Part shown: positions 28,408-38,546 of the stretch, in pieces
How the letters are laid out: each line of letters begins with the position of its first letter
Numbering within the stretch: position 1 is the first letter of the stretch
IMG/VR virus record: IMGVR_UViG_3300048852_000035
Coordinates: 1 to 52,410 of that record
Strand: one strand, 5' to 3'
Source: a virus
Taxonomy: Duplodnaviria; Caudoviricetes
DNA length: 52,410 nucleotides
Notes under the pieces: generated by a model
The model's input: the letters and a program-made list of their open reading frames with translations, nothing else
Databases searched by the model: none
Told to the model about the DNA's origin: nothing
Translations under genes and position numbers: made by a program

Positions 28408-29016
28408 CTACGGGTCAGTCCTGCCGGATATGCCCCGAAACTTCTGCTCCATGGCGGCGCGTTTGCCGGCCACTCGGCGGGCCGCGGCGACGGCGTTCTG
28501 TTGGCTGCGCGATCCTGACCGCCACTGAGCAAGCGAGCGGACGCCAACCGTGGTGTCGGTGTAGGCCGGGAAGGTGACGATCGAAACTTCGCTGATTTCG
28601 ACCTTCTCCAACGTGCGCTTCGGCGGGTCGACGGTGTCGTCCCACGACTGTTTCAGCGCTCTGAAGTCGAACGAGCAGCCGCTTATGTCGCCGCGGCTGA
28701 CCAGCGTGCCAACGTCCCTGCCCAATCCCGTGTCAGGGAGGTCAACTTCGAACCGTAGACCTCGCTCGTCTTCCCAGAGACGCAGCGTGCCGCTTGTGGT
28801 TCGCCCAAGAACGTTGCCGCTCTCGTGGTTGAAGAGGCACCGAACATCGCCCTTGATCGTCTCGGCGAACGCGCCTGGCGCGATCTGCTCGATGAAATAC
28901 CCGCCAATGTCGGTTGGCGAATTAAACACCGCAGCATAGCCGGTGAGCGTCCTTGTGCCGCCCTCATCCGCGCGCAGTTCAACCTGCCGCGCTATGCGTT
29001 TTTCAAAGTCCGTCAT
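28408..29016 (-). CDS. HK97-family prohead protease (prophage)
   Basis: GYAAVFN, LFNH, CSFDF, EVSIVTFPAY. Confidence 0.95.
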   Translation of the reverse strand: MTDFEKRIARQVELRADEGGTRTLTGYAAVFNSPTDIGGYFIEQIAPGAFAETIKGDVRCLFNHESGNVLGRTTSGTLRLWEDERGLRFEVDLPDTGLGRDVGTLVSRGDISGCSFDFRALKQSWDDTVDPPKRTLEKVEISEVSIVTFPAYTDTTVGVRSLAQWRSGSRSQQNAVAAARRVAGKRAAMEQKFRGISGRTDP

Positions 29017-30290
29017 GCGGCTTCCGCCTCGTTCTGATTATTGTCATTGGCTGGAGGTTCTGTGCCGCTACTCGCAGTCATCTGCTCGCCAAGCGGCACG
29101 GTAGCGCCCTGAATATGCAGTTTCTCAGCAGATCCGCCCTGCGCCGGCAGGTTCTCCAGAGCCCTGACCTCGTCTGGCGTCCTAATCGCATTTTGAATAG
29201 CGATTCCGTAGCCTTCCATGCGAGTCTTGAAGTCGCCTCTCAGTAGACCGTCAAGATTGTGCTCGACGTACCGACTGCGGTTCTCGCGCCCGAACATCTT
29301 GAGGTTCATCTCGCCCTCAAACGCTTCGGCCCACTGGCCGATCAGGTGCTTGACGAGATGCAAATCCTGCTGCTCGACGTTGCTGAATGTCGCTCGAGTC
29401 AGATCCTGCAGGAACACAGGCGGCAACTGGTATGCGCGTGCGATCTCCTCCACCTGAAAGCGGCGCGCATCGACCATCTGGCCCTTTGCCGGGTCAAGGC
29501 CAACCGGCTTAAGCTCGTAGCCTGGCGGGATAGGGAACACCTGCTCGCCAGCGTTCTTGGCCGCGTCCACCGCCCTCTTAATGTCCGCCTGTGCTCGCTT
29601 CATCGCTTCAGCGCCAGCGGGGAGTGGCCCAGTTAGCGCCAATGGCGGAACGCCTCCGCCAGAGAAGAATGCACTGCCGTAATCGTTCATGGCGACGGCA
29701 AGCTGAATGGCCTTCGTAGCCATCGCTATCGGGCCGTAATGGTCAAGCCCGTTCGACTTCAGCATGAACGGAACGTCGATGACGTCGGATGCCGGATATT
29801 CCTTCGTACCGGAGGCGTCGGTGTACTGATAAACGACCTTTAACCCTGTGCGCTTGATCACCGTCTTAGTCGGATCCATCGGCCATAGCGCCTCAACACC
29901 CTGCGGCGTGCGCTCAATCCAAGCCAGACCACGGCCGCCGGTAAAGACCTGCGTCCAAAAGTAGGCGCGGAACTTGAACGAATCCATTCCGTCGTTCGGC
30001 GCGTCGTGCACGACAGTCTCTAGCTTGCCGCTAACACGCTTCGGGCCATCCTTTGTCGACCTGTAGGCATGCAGCGGAAGGGCCGCCATGGTGCGCGACA
30101 GAAACGCAACCGCAGCCCACACCGCGGGGACGCCAAGCGCGTTGTCGATCGTCACGTGCGGCAGATTCGCCGACTGGACGCCGAAGAACGCGAGAAAGTT
30201 TTCAGCGCTCACTGGAACTGTCGGGTTTTCGATCGTTGCGCGCGATTCCGACGCATTGTTCGACGTTTGGCGGCTAAATGGCCACTTCAT
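29013..30290 (-). CDS. Portal protein (HK97 family)
   Basis: ALPLHAY, RFQVEEIAR, TFSNVEQQ, LLRGD, TPDEVRALENL. Confidence 0.95.
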   Translation of the reverse strand: MKWPFSRQTSNNASESRATIENPTVPVSAENFLAFFGVQSANLPHVTIDNALGVPAVWAAVAFLSRTMAALPLHAYRSTKDGPKRVSGKLETVVHDAPNDGMDSFKFRAYFWTQVFTGGRGLAWIERTPQGVEALWPMDPTKTVIKRTGLKVVYQYTDASGTKEYPASDVIDVPFMLKSNGLDHYGPIAMATKAIQLAVAMNDYGSAFFSGGGVPPLALTGPLPAGAEAMKRAQADIKRAVDAAKNAGEQVFPIPPGYELKPVGLDPAKGQMVDARRFQVEEIARAYQLPPVFLQDLTRATFSNVEQQDLHLVKHLIGQWAEAFEGEMNLKMFGRENRSRYVEHNLDGLLRGDFKTRMEGYGIAIQNAIRTPDEVRALENLPAQGGSAEKLHIQGATVPLGEQMTASSGTEPPANDNNQNEAEAA

Positions 30291-30298
30291 ACGGCCTC

Positions 30299-31951
30299 CT
30301 ATGCCGCTAGAGAATATTCGGGGTCGTCCCATGGGCTGTAGGCGCTTGCCGCACCCTCATAGGTGCCGGCCATTGCCGTCGCCATCGCCAGGGCGACAGC
30401 GCCGTCGATGCGACCGCGAGACTTCTGCTTGTCGAGTTTTCGGTTCCCGCTCGGATCCTGGCGCACCGTGGCATTCATCATGCACATCGTCAGAACTGGA
30501 TGGGCGCCGTGCACCAGCCGCTTGTTGAGTAGAATGCTCTCTAGGTCGCGCAGTGCCGGCGACATGGACGCGAAGCCCTGCCCGAACGGCTCAAATACCG
30601 CGGCGTCACCATCAAGCTGCTCGTCGGTAAAGCCGACCTTCTGCAGCCAGGGCTTCAAGTGCCGCCAGTTGTATCGGTCGAATGCAATCTTCCTGATGTC
30701 CATTCGGCCGAACAGTTCATGCAGGTGGTAGGCAACGAACTCGTAATCGACAGTCGGGCCAGGCGTTGCCTCCAGATAGCCTTGATCGCGCCAGATGTCG
30801 TATGGCACGCGATCGGCTTTCGCTTTCTCGCGCAGGCTATCCCCCGGCAACCAGAACGTCGGCTTCACATGCCAAATGGTCGAGCCGTCATCTTCCTTGG
30901 GCGCCATAAGCACGAGTGAGGTAAGGTCGGACACCTCTGAAAGGTCGAGCCCACCAAACACAGGTAGACCGTCAAAAGCCTCATCAATCGGAGCATCGCA
31001 CGCCCTCCAAACAGCCGGCGCCACGAACGGCGCCGAAGCATCAATGCGCTGATTGAGGAACAGCCAGCGGAAACTGGCCTCCTTCGTCGGCATGCGTTGA
31101 GCCAGAAGTGAAAAGTCCTCGACGTCCTTAGTGGACCTGAAAATGCCAAGCGCCGGATTTGCTGCTGCCCATGCCGTGCGGTCATCCAACTCGCACTCGG
31201 CCGGCGCAGTGTAGATATGGCTGACGATGCGCGGATCCTTCGACGTCTCTGCGTCGTCAATCCAGCGCGAAAATAGATCGTTGTCGGTCGCCGCCTGCGT
31301 CGATATCGCAAACAACATCGCGCGGCCTTCGTAGGCACCCTGCGAGGTCTCGATCGCCTCGACGAAGTCGTCGGTCGGCCCTTTGATCTGCCCCACCTCG
31401 TCGAGGATGGCCAGAATAGGCGACCCGCCGTGCGAACTCTTGGCCTCGGCTGAACTAGCGTAGTACTCGACATTGAGGGCTAGGCCGATAATGGTCTTGG
31501 CCGACGGGACAACACGAGCGAGCTTTGCTAGCTTCGGCGACATGTAGATCATTTTCGAGGCGTAGTTGAACACCTCGGCAGCCTGCTTGCGGCTTCTGGC
31601 GCCAGATACGATGCGACCGTTAGGATACGCTTCCGGCCCGACGATGTGGGCAAGCAAGAGGCAGGCAATGGTCGCAGTCTTGGAATTCTTACGCGCGATC
31701 GACAAGTATGCGCGAGACGTGCCTGCCGGGTTGTCGTAGACAGACAGGATGAAGGCTTCTTGAAACGGCACAAGCCTGATTGGCTGGCCGATTAGTGTCC
31801 CTTCTGGGACAACTAGATAGTCTTCTATGAATCGGCATACTTTCTCGCCGCGGCTTAGCAGCTTCGTCGGAAGCTTACGCCAGTCCCTGAACTTCGGAAT
31901 ATGGCCGCACTGTATTGCCGCCCTCGTAGTTTCTGGCAGCCTTACTGGCAT
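30299..31951 (-). CDS. terL: Terminase large subunit
   Basis: ARKNSKT Walker A, ILDE Walker B, GGLDLS, RIDGAVA. Confidence 0.95.
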   Translation of the reverse strand: MPVRLPETTRAAIQCGHIPKFRDWRKLPTKLLSRGEKVCRFIEDYLVVPEGTLIGQPIRLVPFQEAFILSVYDNPAGTSRAYLSIARKNSKTATIACLLLAHIVGPEAYPNGRIVSGARSRKQAAEVFNYASKMIYMSPKLAKLARVVPSAKTIIGLALNVEYYASSAEAKSSHGGSPILAILDEVGQIKGPTDDFVEAIETSQGAYEGRAMLFAISTQAATDNDLFSRWIDDAETSKDPRIVSHIYTAPAECELDDRTAWAAANPALGIFRSTKDVEDFSLLAQRMPTKEASFRWLFLNQRIDASAPFVAPAVWRACDAPIDEAFDGLPVFGGLDLSEVSDLTSLVLMAPKEDDGSTIWHVKPTFWLPGDSLREKAKADRVPYDIWRDQGYLEATPGPTVDYEFVAYHLHELFGRMDIRKIAFDRYNWRHLKPWLQKVGFTDEQLDGDAAVFEPFGQGFASMSPALRDLESILLNKRLVHGAHPVLTMCMMNATVRQDPSGNRKLDKQKSRGRIDGAVALAMATAMAGTYEGAASAYSPWDDPEYSLAA

Positions 31952-31958
31952 TCATCAC

Positions 31959-32423
31959 CTAAATCGGTCTGGCCAGCAAATCATCCTCTAGCGGGTTGTC
32001 TCCCTCGATTCCCTTCGCCGCTTCCCGCCTCTTGGCAGCATCCCTTGCCTCGCCTTGGACGGCGCGAGCGTGGAGTGCGAGCGATCGGCGGAAGGACAGA
32101 ATGCTGCTGGCGTGCATCTGCACGATTGATTTTCGAGGGTTGGCGACCGGAGTCCCTTTCTCGGTGACGGCGACGCCGCCCTCTTCCCTGAGAAGCTTCT
32201 GTTCGCGCACCAGGTCGGCCATCGTCCTTGCGAGCATCGCGGCGAGCTCGAGCTGGTGGTCGGTCCATTCCGACCTAGCGAACTCCGCAACAACGTTCTG
32301 GAAGAACGGGCGGTCCCCGGCGTCAAGCGGCACGTTTGCCGGCGGCAGAATCTCGGTGGTCGCCTTGGCCATGACGCGCACGGCTTCGGTCGCGCTGTCA
32401 ATGCGCGCCTTTCTCTTCGCCAT
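31959..32423 (-). CDS. terS: Terminase small subunit (P27-like)
   Basis: Directly upstream of terL; KGTPVANP. Confidence 0.85.
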   Translation of the reverse strand: MAKRKARIDSATEAVRVMAKATTEILPPANVPLDAGDRPFFQNVVAEFARSEWTDHQLELAAMLARTMADLVREQKLLREEGGVAVTEKGTPVANPRKSIVQMHASSILSFRRSLALHARAVQGEARDAAKRREAAKGIEGDNPLEDDLLARPI

Positions 32424-32692
32424 GTCGTGAAACCTCACCAACTCTCGCGCGCTTGCGCGCAGGAGGCAAAAAACTGTATTAGCACTAACGCTCTTGGTCC
32501 CCGCCGGTCCCTGGCCGAATCGGCCCAGAGACGAAGGCACCCCCTCCCCGAGGGGCAACCTTCCATCCTATCACCCATCAAAGGGGGTGTCAAGCATGAA
32601 ATGCGAAATAATATTGCGTTTTCAATGATTTCGCGCAATATTCTTGCGTTTTGGTCGAGGTTTCGCCTTCATCGCCTTGATATCGTTCATTC
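32424..32692 (-). other. Probable cos packaging region of the prophage
   Basis: Non-coding gap between HNH and terS; G-run GGGGAGGGGG then GGACCGGCG on the minus strand; exact cut site not determinable. Confidence 0.55.
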
Positions 32693-33004
32693 TTACCCCA
32701 GTTCGATGGGGTATCCGTCGACGCCGATGACCGCGACCTTCTTGCCATGGTCGATCATCTGCTTTGCGCTGTCGTGATGGTGTTTGCAGAGAGACTGCAG
32801 GTTGTCTGGATCGTAGAACAGATCCGCATCGCCGTCGTGCCTGCGCACGTGGTCGACAATCGTTGCCTCGGTCACGTCCTCAGTGAGAAGGCAGAAGCGG
32901 CACAGTGGATGCGTCGCCAGTTGATACTCGCGCAGCCTTTTCCACCGAGCCGTCTTATACAAGCGCCGATAGCGCGCTGCTTCTTCGCTGCGATGGTCGG
33001 TCAT
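32693..33004 (-). CDS. Terminase-associated HNH endonuclease (HK97 gp74-like)
   Basis: HPLCRFC...VDHVRRH...NLQSLCKHHHD. Confidence 0.92.
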   Translation of the reverse strand: MTDHRSEEAARYRRLYKTARWKRLREYQLATHPLCRFCLLTEDVTEATIVDHVRRHDGDADLFYDPDNLQSLCKHHHDSAKQMIDHGKKVAVIGVDGYPIELG

Positions 33005-33251
33005 GTGCACCATGAAAACAAGAAGCGGCAGGGAGGCGCCCGGTTTATCTGCCCGGACCTCGACCTGCCGCATGATTACCCAAGCAGCGAGAGGAGGACG
33101 CGCTAGGGTAATGAAGGCCAGCGCGTGCCTAAGCAGTGGCGCTGGTCGATAGGTGGGATGGCCGACCGCTGCAGACGGTACGCTGCCTGTGTGGCAGGTG
33201 GCCAATCCCGGCGGAGATGCCCATGACGAACCACGGACAACCCGCAAACAG

Positions 33252-33350
33252 TCAGAAGAAACGAGCGCCCGACAGAGCGCTGCCAAGCCACACCAAGACT
33301 GCAGCGGCGCCCACAATGACGCCTCCCACAACGCATGCGGCAATCAGCAT
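33252..33350 (-). CDS. 32-aa single-TM microprotein MLIAACVVGGVIVGAAAVLVWLGSALSGARFF (not in ORF track)
   Basis: ATG at 33350 preceded by GAGGA; TGA at 33252-33254. Confidence 0.55.
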   Translation of the reverse strand: MLIAACVVGGVIVGAAAVLVWLGSALSGARFF

Positions 33351-33471
33351 ATTCGTTTCCTCTGGATAGTTACGCCCGGCTCACACGTGGCCGAGCGTCC
33401 GTCGCAACTCATTTGTGCGCCCGGAAGGGTGTGGGATGGAGCCGGCGCCCCATCCCTTCACCCTTGTAGGG

Positions 33472-34641
33472 TCATGACTTGCGAGAAACTTCCCGCCTCT
33501 CCGGTTCGGCGCCGTATTCCGCCAGTTCCATGGCTTTGAGAAAGTTGTCGTTCGCAGCCCGCAGGAGGCGGCGCCCTGCATCGACTGCATGCCGCCCTTT
33601 GTAGCCGCGCTTCTCTCCAAGCTCGGCTAGGCTCTTGGCGCTCATCGCTTCGGTGAGCACTCGAACGTGAGAGTCTTGCATGGCGTCAAGGCCTCTCTGG
33701 AAATTCTCGCGGTTTTCCTTTTCTGTGTAGATGTCCTCCCAAGCCATCGATCCGCTCTCGCCCTTTTTGCCCTTGCGGCCTCCGATGAAAAGCTGGCGGA
33801 GGTTCGTGGGGCTAGCCGGGAAGCCGTCGGGGCATTTGGTCACCGACACTGTGGTTTTCGCCATCGCTTCCGCAAGCATCTGCCGGTCCTGCGCCTTGGT
33901 GGTCTTTTCTCGTTCTTGCTTTCGGGGACGCTGCTTTGGGGGCTTGGCAGTGCGGGCCGCACCTACAATCCATCGGTAGTGCGCGTTGCTTCCAGACGTG
34001 TCCTCCTCGCCTCCCTTGTCTCGCGTCGACTTCTCGCGGCATCCGAGCATTGCGCCGACCGGCATCTCAATTTGCGCATCTACGACCTTATCCAGGACAA
34101 GCTTCCGGCCCTTTTCGGTCTGGGATCCGTCGCTGAAGCGAAGTTTGCCGATCCGAACAATGACCATGTGTTTGCCGCCATCTTCGTCGATGTGGGTGCC
34201 GTACTCGAAATCACCGTCGATCGGGATCGCATGAATCTCACGACCCGCCCGCTGCGCCTCATGCCGGCCACCGGCGAGCATCATTGGCTCCCGTCGATAT
34301 CTCAGGGTGACTTTGGCGAACGACTTTTCGAGTTCCTGTGGCGAGGGGATGTATTCGACGGCACGTTCCGCGCCGAATCCCTCTTCGGGCTGTTTGTTAT
34401 CGTTGGCGGGGGCCAGCCTCCAATTGGTCGACATTTCTGGAGCGGGGTCTGCGGGCACACTTTCGGCGACGCCTGTTGGACGGCTACGCATCGCGAGCAG
34501 CGCAGATAACTCGGAGAGATCCCGATGGCGGGGCTTCTCTGTCTTTGGCTTCCGGCCAAATATTTGGTGGTCGTGTTCGGGCGCAGTCGAGCGCCAGGCT
34601 TCGACGGCAGCTCGATGTTCTGCGGCGTTGCGTTCGGTCAT
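33472..34641 (-). CDS. Hypothetical protein with C-terminal HTH-like region; candidate late-gene activator
   Basis: SLAELGEKRGYKG; position between replication and packaging modules. Confidence 0.65.
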   Translation of the reverse strand: MTERNAAEHRAAVEAWRSTAPEHDHQIFGRKPKTEKPRHRDLSELSALLAMRSRPTGVAESVPADPAPEMSTNWRLAPANDNKQPEEGFGAERAVEYIPSPQELEKSFAKVTLRYRREPMMLAGGRHEAQRAGREIHAIPIDGDFEYGTHIDEDGGKHMVIVRIGKLRFSDGSQTEKGRKLVLDKVVDAQIEMPVGAMLGCREKSTRDKGGEEDTSGSNAHYRWIVGAARTAKPPKQRPRKQEREKTTKAQDRQMLAEAMAKTTVSVTKCPDGFPASPTNLRQLFIGGRKGKKGESGSMAWEDIYTEKENRENFQRGLDAMQDSHVRVLTEAMSAKSLAELGEKRGYKGRHAVDAGRRLLRAANDNFLKAMELAEYGAEPERREVSRKS

Positions 34642-34862
34642 GGTTTCCCCTTCTCGTTCCACTGCTTGATTGCCGCTTGCCCTTTCGGCGACAAGCCGCG
34701 GTAATATGTTCCGTCGCCAGCTGGCCTCCATGCGAACATCCGTCTGGCTTCAAGGATGATTTCAGTTCGATCCTGAATTCGTTGATGGACTGAGCTCTGT
34801 CCGGTTCGAAGAAAGTCAGCCTGGATCTTGGTGAGCCTCAGCTCCCTGCTCGACCACGTCAT
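34638..34862 (-). CDS. Small hypothetical protein
   Basis: ATGA overlaps on both sides. Confidence 0.7.
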   Translation of the reverse strand: MTWSSRELRLTKIQADFLRTGQSSVHQRIQDRTEIILEARRMFAWRPAGDGTYYRGLSPKGQAAIKQWNEKGKP

Positions 34863-35266
34863 CGCAGCGACCATAGCCTTGGCTCCGGCAACTCCACCTC
34901 GTCGATCTCCACCGTGAGTTGGTTCGGCATTCCCGGCGCCTCCTCGAACTTCGCGACGATCCCCTGACGCACCCGCTCACCGTGTCTGCGCATTTCCTCG
35001 AGAGCAGCCTCGTGTCCGATGGTGCTCTCTTTCAGCGACCCGACCACATTCTCGTGGCAGGCCTCGAAACCGCGTCGGAACGCATCGTCGGCAACAAAGC
35101 GGACGGCATCGCGTGCGGCATCCAACGCGGCGTCGACGTCTATGCCTCCGGCATCGTCATCAAGACGGGCGATCATCGCAGCGAAGGCTCGGAGATATCT
35201 GTCGGTATCGCGCTCGCTGTCGACTAGGTGCGGGATGTTGGTCAGGTGATGCTCGAACAGGTTCAT
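34859..35266 (-). CDS. Hypothetical protein
   Basis: AAGGAG RBS; 135 aa. Confidence 0.75.
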   Translation of the reverse strand: MNLFEHHLTNIPHLVDSERDTDRYLRAFAAMIARLDDDAGGIDVDAALDAARDAVRFVADDAFRRGFEACHENVVGSLKESTIGHEAALEEMRRHGERVRQGIVAKFEEAPGMPNQLTVEIDEVELPEPRLWSLR

Positions 35267-35289
35267 CGCTTCTCCTTCCTATTCGGGGG

Positions 35290-35490
35290 GACGGCGTTCC
35301 CAGACGCCTCCCCCTCTGAAAGAGGGGCAATTGCTGGGAACGTGGGAATGCGTTTATTTTCAACAACTTAAGCCGTTCCCAAAAATCTTGGGAACGCTGG
35401 GAATGGGAACGGGAAACCACGTCTTTTCAATTACTTAGCGTTCCCATTCCCATGGGAACGACCCGTTCCCAGACGTTCCTGGGAACGGAT
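35290..35490. repeat. Iteron cluster, probable prophage replication origin
   Basis: About 13 GGGAA/TTCCC units in both orientations, hairpin CCCCTCT-GAA-AGAGGGG, two TTTCAA-N4-TTA IHF-like boxes; directly downstream of the primase-helicase. Confidence 0.75.
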
Positions 35491-35497
35491 TTAGCGG

Positions 35498-37816
35498 CTA
35501 TGTCCGTGGGGTTCCGGTCGAGAAATTCCCGAGCCCGATCGCGAACGTACCGCCCGGGACATCCAGCCACTTTGCGGTCTTTTCGCCTCGCGCCGTCGCA
35601 CGTACGATCTCGCCACGTTCAAGGGCTTGGCCGGCGAGCGCGTCGAGTTTGCCCTTGGCGAGCCCACGCAGTTCCTCTGGAAGCCGCTCGCGCATTTCGT
35701 AGAGCCCGCTGGCGCCCGTCTTCGTGAACGGTGATCCGGCAGCAGCCGCGGCCTCAACAGCGATGACCAGCGCTGCCCGCAGATCGTCTTGCGGCGGGGC
35801 AGATGCGCCTAGCCCAGCAGACCTGTCGACCAACAAGCCGTGCTCATTTCGGACGTAGGTCGAGACCACCCGCCGGGCCGCACCGTTCGCCTTAACGACG
35901 CCGCCGAGGACGACCTTCGCCGGCTGGAAATCGGTGCCTAGATCCTTGCAAACACGCTTCGCCCTCGCCTCCTCGGCGGGCCACATGGCGTATGCAAGGC
36001 GGAGTCCGTCAACGAGTGCGGTGCTGCCGCGAATGGCGTCGCGGGCATCTCCAAGCGTCTCGATAGGCTTGGCGACCTTGCGCATGTGGTGGGCTACCAG
36101 CGTCGTGGCGCCGGTCTCGGTCGCCAAGCGCGACAGCGACGTGCACACGAACTGTCCCGCTGCCGGATCTTCGTTCAACGGCAGGTGCGCAAAACTCGCC
36201 AACGGGTCGAAGGTGATGAGACGTAGATCTGAAATGGACGCGAGCTCATCTCGGATCCGCATGAAGTCGTCTGTTTCGACGAGACCCTTCTTTTTGTCTT
36301 CCCGCCAGAACGCTCTAGCGCCCCCTGCGGATGGAAGGGGAACAACGATCATCCGTTGACCGGCTTTGCTAAAGCGAAACCCCTTGTCGTCGAGCGCAGC
36401 GATGCGCCGATGCACTTCGTTCGCATCGTCTTCCGACGTGATCATCACTGACGTTCCATCGACAACGACCTTTCCGCCGAAGATCGGCGCGGCTAATGTG
36501 CCCTGACCAAAAGCAACCCGTCGATGAAGCTCCAGTAAGGCGAACGACTTTCCAGTGTCACCCATCGCCGACACCATGCCAGGGATGCCGAGCGGGATCA
36601 CGCCGTCGACCAAATATTTGACTGCCGGCGCCTCGCCGACGAATCGGCTCACAGGCCAGTCGAAGATCGAAAATGCCCGCGGTTCGGCTGGGACGGCGCT
36701 GCTGTCGCTTGCTTGCTTCGGCAACGTCGCTGATTTCGTAGCAGCCGTTGCCGCGATTCTCATGGCCCTTTCGTGTGCCTCCTGAGGCGAGATCCAGTTT
36801 CCACGCTCGCCGCCACGGTGCTTCGTTGCAATCGCAGACAAATCTGCGCCGCCGTCGCGGGCCAGCTGCGCGACCGTGCTCAAGGTGACACCTTTACCCG
36901 CTGTGAACCCTTTCCACCGCGCGGCCACATCGCCTTTTCTGTATTTGGCGCCGCGAGCGCTCCATGCGTCGGCGATGGCCAGCCCATTGCTCCCGAGTGC
37001 GCCATGAACTGCCATTAGGACGTTGACCCAGTCTTGGTAGCCGATATCCGGATCGATGAAGGAAAGAAGTTCCTCGACTTCGGCGGCCTCTGCGGGCGCG
37101 TTGTCATTTGCATGCGAAGGGATGTAGTCCTGCCGCGGCGCGCGCCTTGGCGTGCGTATGCGCTCCACAAGCCACGCAGGCGCGTCTGCAATGGCAGCAA
37201 TGAAGTCGGATGCAGTATGATCTTCCAGGAACTCGTAGAACGTGCCGTCTGGCAGCGTGCTGCCCGCGGCAATGACGTATCCGCCTGTTGCTCTCACGTC
37301 GATGTCTGCTGGAAGGCTGCCCGTTGAGTTGGTCATGCCGTCGACATGGCGGAATAGGAAGTGCAGCCCCCCTGTGGCAGTCCGGACGACGACGGTAGGC
37401 GTCAGCGCCCCGTGCTCGGCCTCCATGGATGCCAGGTTCGCGTCCCCGGCCTTGCCCTCTTTGACGTCAACGTCAAGTGCGAAAAAGCCTGTTCTCTCGC
37501 CAGTCGGAATGCCGATGAGGGCGTCTGGCCAGTCCGACCACCACCGCCGGACAATATGTTCTCTCGTGCTTGCTCCGTACAAGCCGTCGCTGGTGAGCGG
37601 ACTCTTGGGGCCGTAGACCCGACCCGTATGAGGGTCGGTTTCCTCGCTGACGCGGCAAGGGAAAATCGGGATGCCGGCCGCGATGTACTCGAGCGCAACG
37701 GAAAGGTTGTTCGCGATGATTGGAGTGTCTGAGTTAGGCTGGACGGCGGATGCGGTTGTCGGCAAGCTGGCCTCCCAAAAGTGCGTTCGATGCTGCTTTG
37801 GTGATTTTCTCGGCAA
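35498..37816 (-). CDS. Bifunctional primase/polymerase + PriCT-2 + AAA_25 (RepA-like) helicase
   Basis: IFPC, IGIPTG, ALDVD, TATGGLHFLF, YQDWVNVLMA, GDTGKS, ITFDP, VAHHMRK, IRGSTA. Confidence 0.92.
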   Translation of the reverse strand: MPRKSPKQHRTHFWEASLPTTASAVQPNSDTPIIANNLSVALEYIAAGIPIFPCRVSEETDPHTGRVYGPKSPLTSDGLYGASTREHIVRRWWSDWPDALIGIPTGERTGFFALDVDVKEGKAGDANLASMEAEHGALTPTVVVRTATGGLHFLFRHVDGMTNSTGSLPADIDVRATGGYVIAAGSTLPDGTFYEFLEDHTASDFIAAIADAPAWLVERIRTPRRAPRQDYIPSHANDNAPAEAAEVEELLSFIDPDIGYQDWVNVLMAVHGALGSNGLAIADAWSARGAKYRKGDVAARWKGFTAGKGVTLSTVAQLARDGGADLSAIATKHRGGERGNWISPQEAHERAMRIAATAATKSATLPKQASDSSAVPAEPRAFSIFDWPVSRFVGEAPAVKYLVDGVIPLGIPGMVSAMGDTGKSFALLELHRRVAFGQGTLAAPIFGGKVVVDGTSVMITSEDDANEVHRRIAALDDKGFRFSKAGQRMIVVPLPSAGGARAFWREDKKKGLVETDDFMRIRDELASISDLRLITFDPLASFAHLPLNEDPAAGQFVCTSLSRLATETGATTLVAHHMRKVAKPIETLGDARDAIRGSTALVDGLRLAYAMWPAEEARAKRVCKDLGTDFQPAKVVLGGVVKANGAARRVVSTYVRNEHGLLVDRSAGLGASAPPQDDLRAALVIAVEAAAAAGSPFTKTGASGLYEMRERLPEELRGLAKGKLDALAGQALERGEIVRATARGEKTAKWLDVPGGTFAIGLGNFSTGTPRT

Positions 37817-37994
37817 TAGCCGGCTGGAACGACGCGCAGTGCTGACCGCCTATATTCGGCGCAATGGTTCGTCTGGTGCCGTCAGGGAACTCGCGAAGAA
37901 GAAGGCCGTAGAGCCTGATGTCGGGCGATGGTTCTGGCGCCGCTGGAAGACGGCGGCCTTTCGACCGCCGATATTGACTGGATGACGGGATCCA

Positions 37995-38351
37995 TCACTG
38001 GCCGCTTGCCTGCCGTTCAATTTTTTCGATGACGGCTTGCCACACGAACTCCGCCGTTCGATGGTCCGCGAAGAACGCGTCGCCGACGTATCGAATGAGG
38101 CCGGACTTGGGCGGCGTCCCCTCGCCCCAGTACTCGACAAAACCAAAGCGTCTGCGGTCTCCCTTCGCGCCCTCGGTGAGTACAGCCTTTTCAGGAAACA
38201 GTGCGGGCGAGTGGTCAAGCAGGCGAGCGTCGTGGGGATAGCCGTCGAGCGTGTCTATGGCCAAGCCGAATCCGCGGACCCGGCTGGGGGCCGCCGCTTC
38301 GCGTTCTCGGATCAATCGAAACGCGCGGGGTTCGTGGGTGAATGTACGCAA
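37995..38351 (-). CDS. Early hypothetical protein, first gene of the leftward operon
   Basis: GAGGA RBS, TTG start; downstream of a strong leftward promoter. Confidence 0.65.
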   Translation of the reverse strand: MRTFTHEPRAFRLIREREAAAPSRVRGFGLAIDTLDGYPHDARLLDHSPALFPEKAVLTEGAKGDRRRFGFVEYWGEGTPPKSGLIRYVGDAFFADHRTAEFVWQAVIEKIERQASGQ

Positions 38352-38484
38352 AGGTCCTCCTCGCCGCCCGAAGGCGGTCGTGCTGTGTTGATCGGTGTGG
38401 TGGGTTGCTGGGGTTAAGTAACCTGGCTTGCTTCCCGAGCGTCAAGGGGTTGGGCTTTTTCTGCTGGCTGCTGCAGGTCTCGTG

Positions 38485-38537
38485 TTGCGACCAGCATAAT
38501 TCTTGTATATGCTATCTTTACAAATTTGTCAAGATAG
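38485..38537. promoter_or_regulatory. Genetic switch: overlapping opposed sigma70 promoters plus 26-bp operator palindrome
   Basis: Leftward TTGACA(38532-38527)-N17-TATACA(38509-38504); rightward TTGCGA(38485-38490)-N17-TATGCT(38508-38513); CTATCTTTACAAATTTGTCAAGATAG at 38512-38537. Confidence 0.78.
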
Positions 38538-38546
38538 GTTAAAAGG

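Noticed and set aside
35290-35490. CRISPR-like repeat array
   Set aside because: Units are 5-8 bp, in both orientations, irregularly spaced, with no spacers or cas genes; better explained as origin iterons
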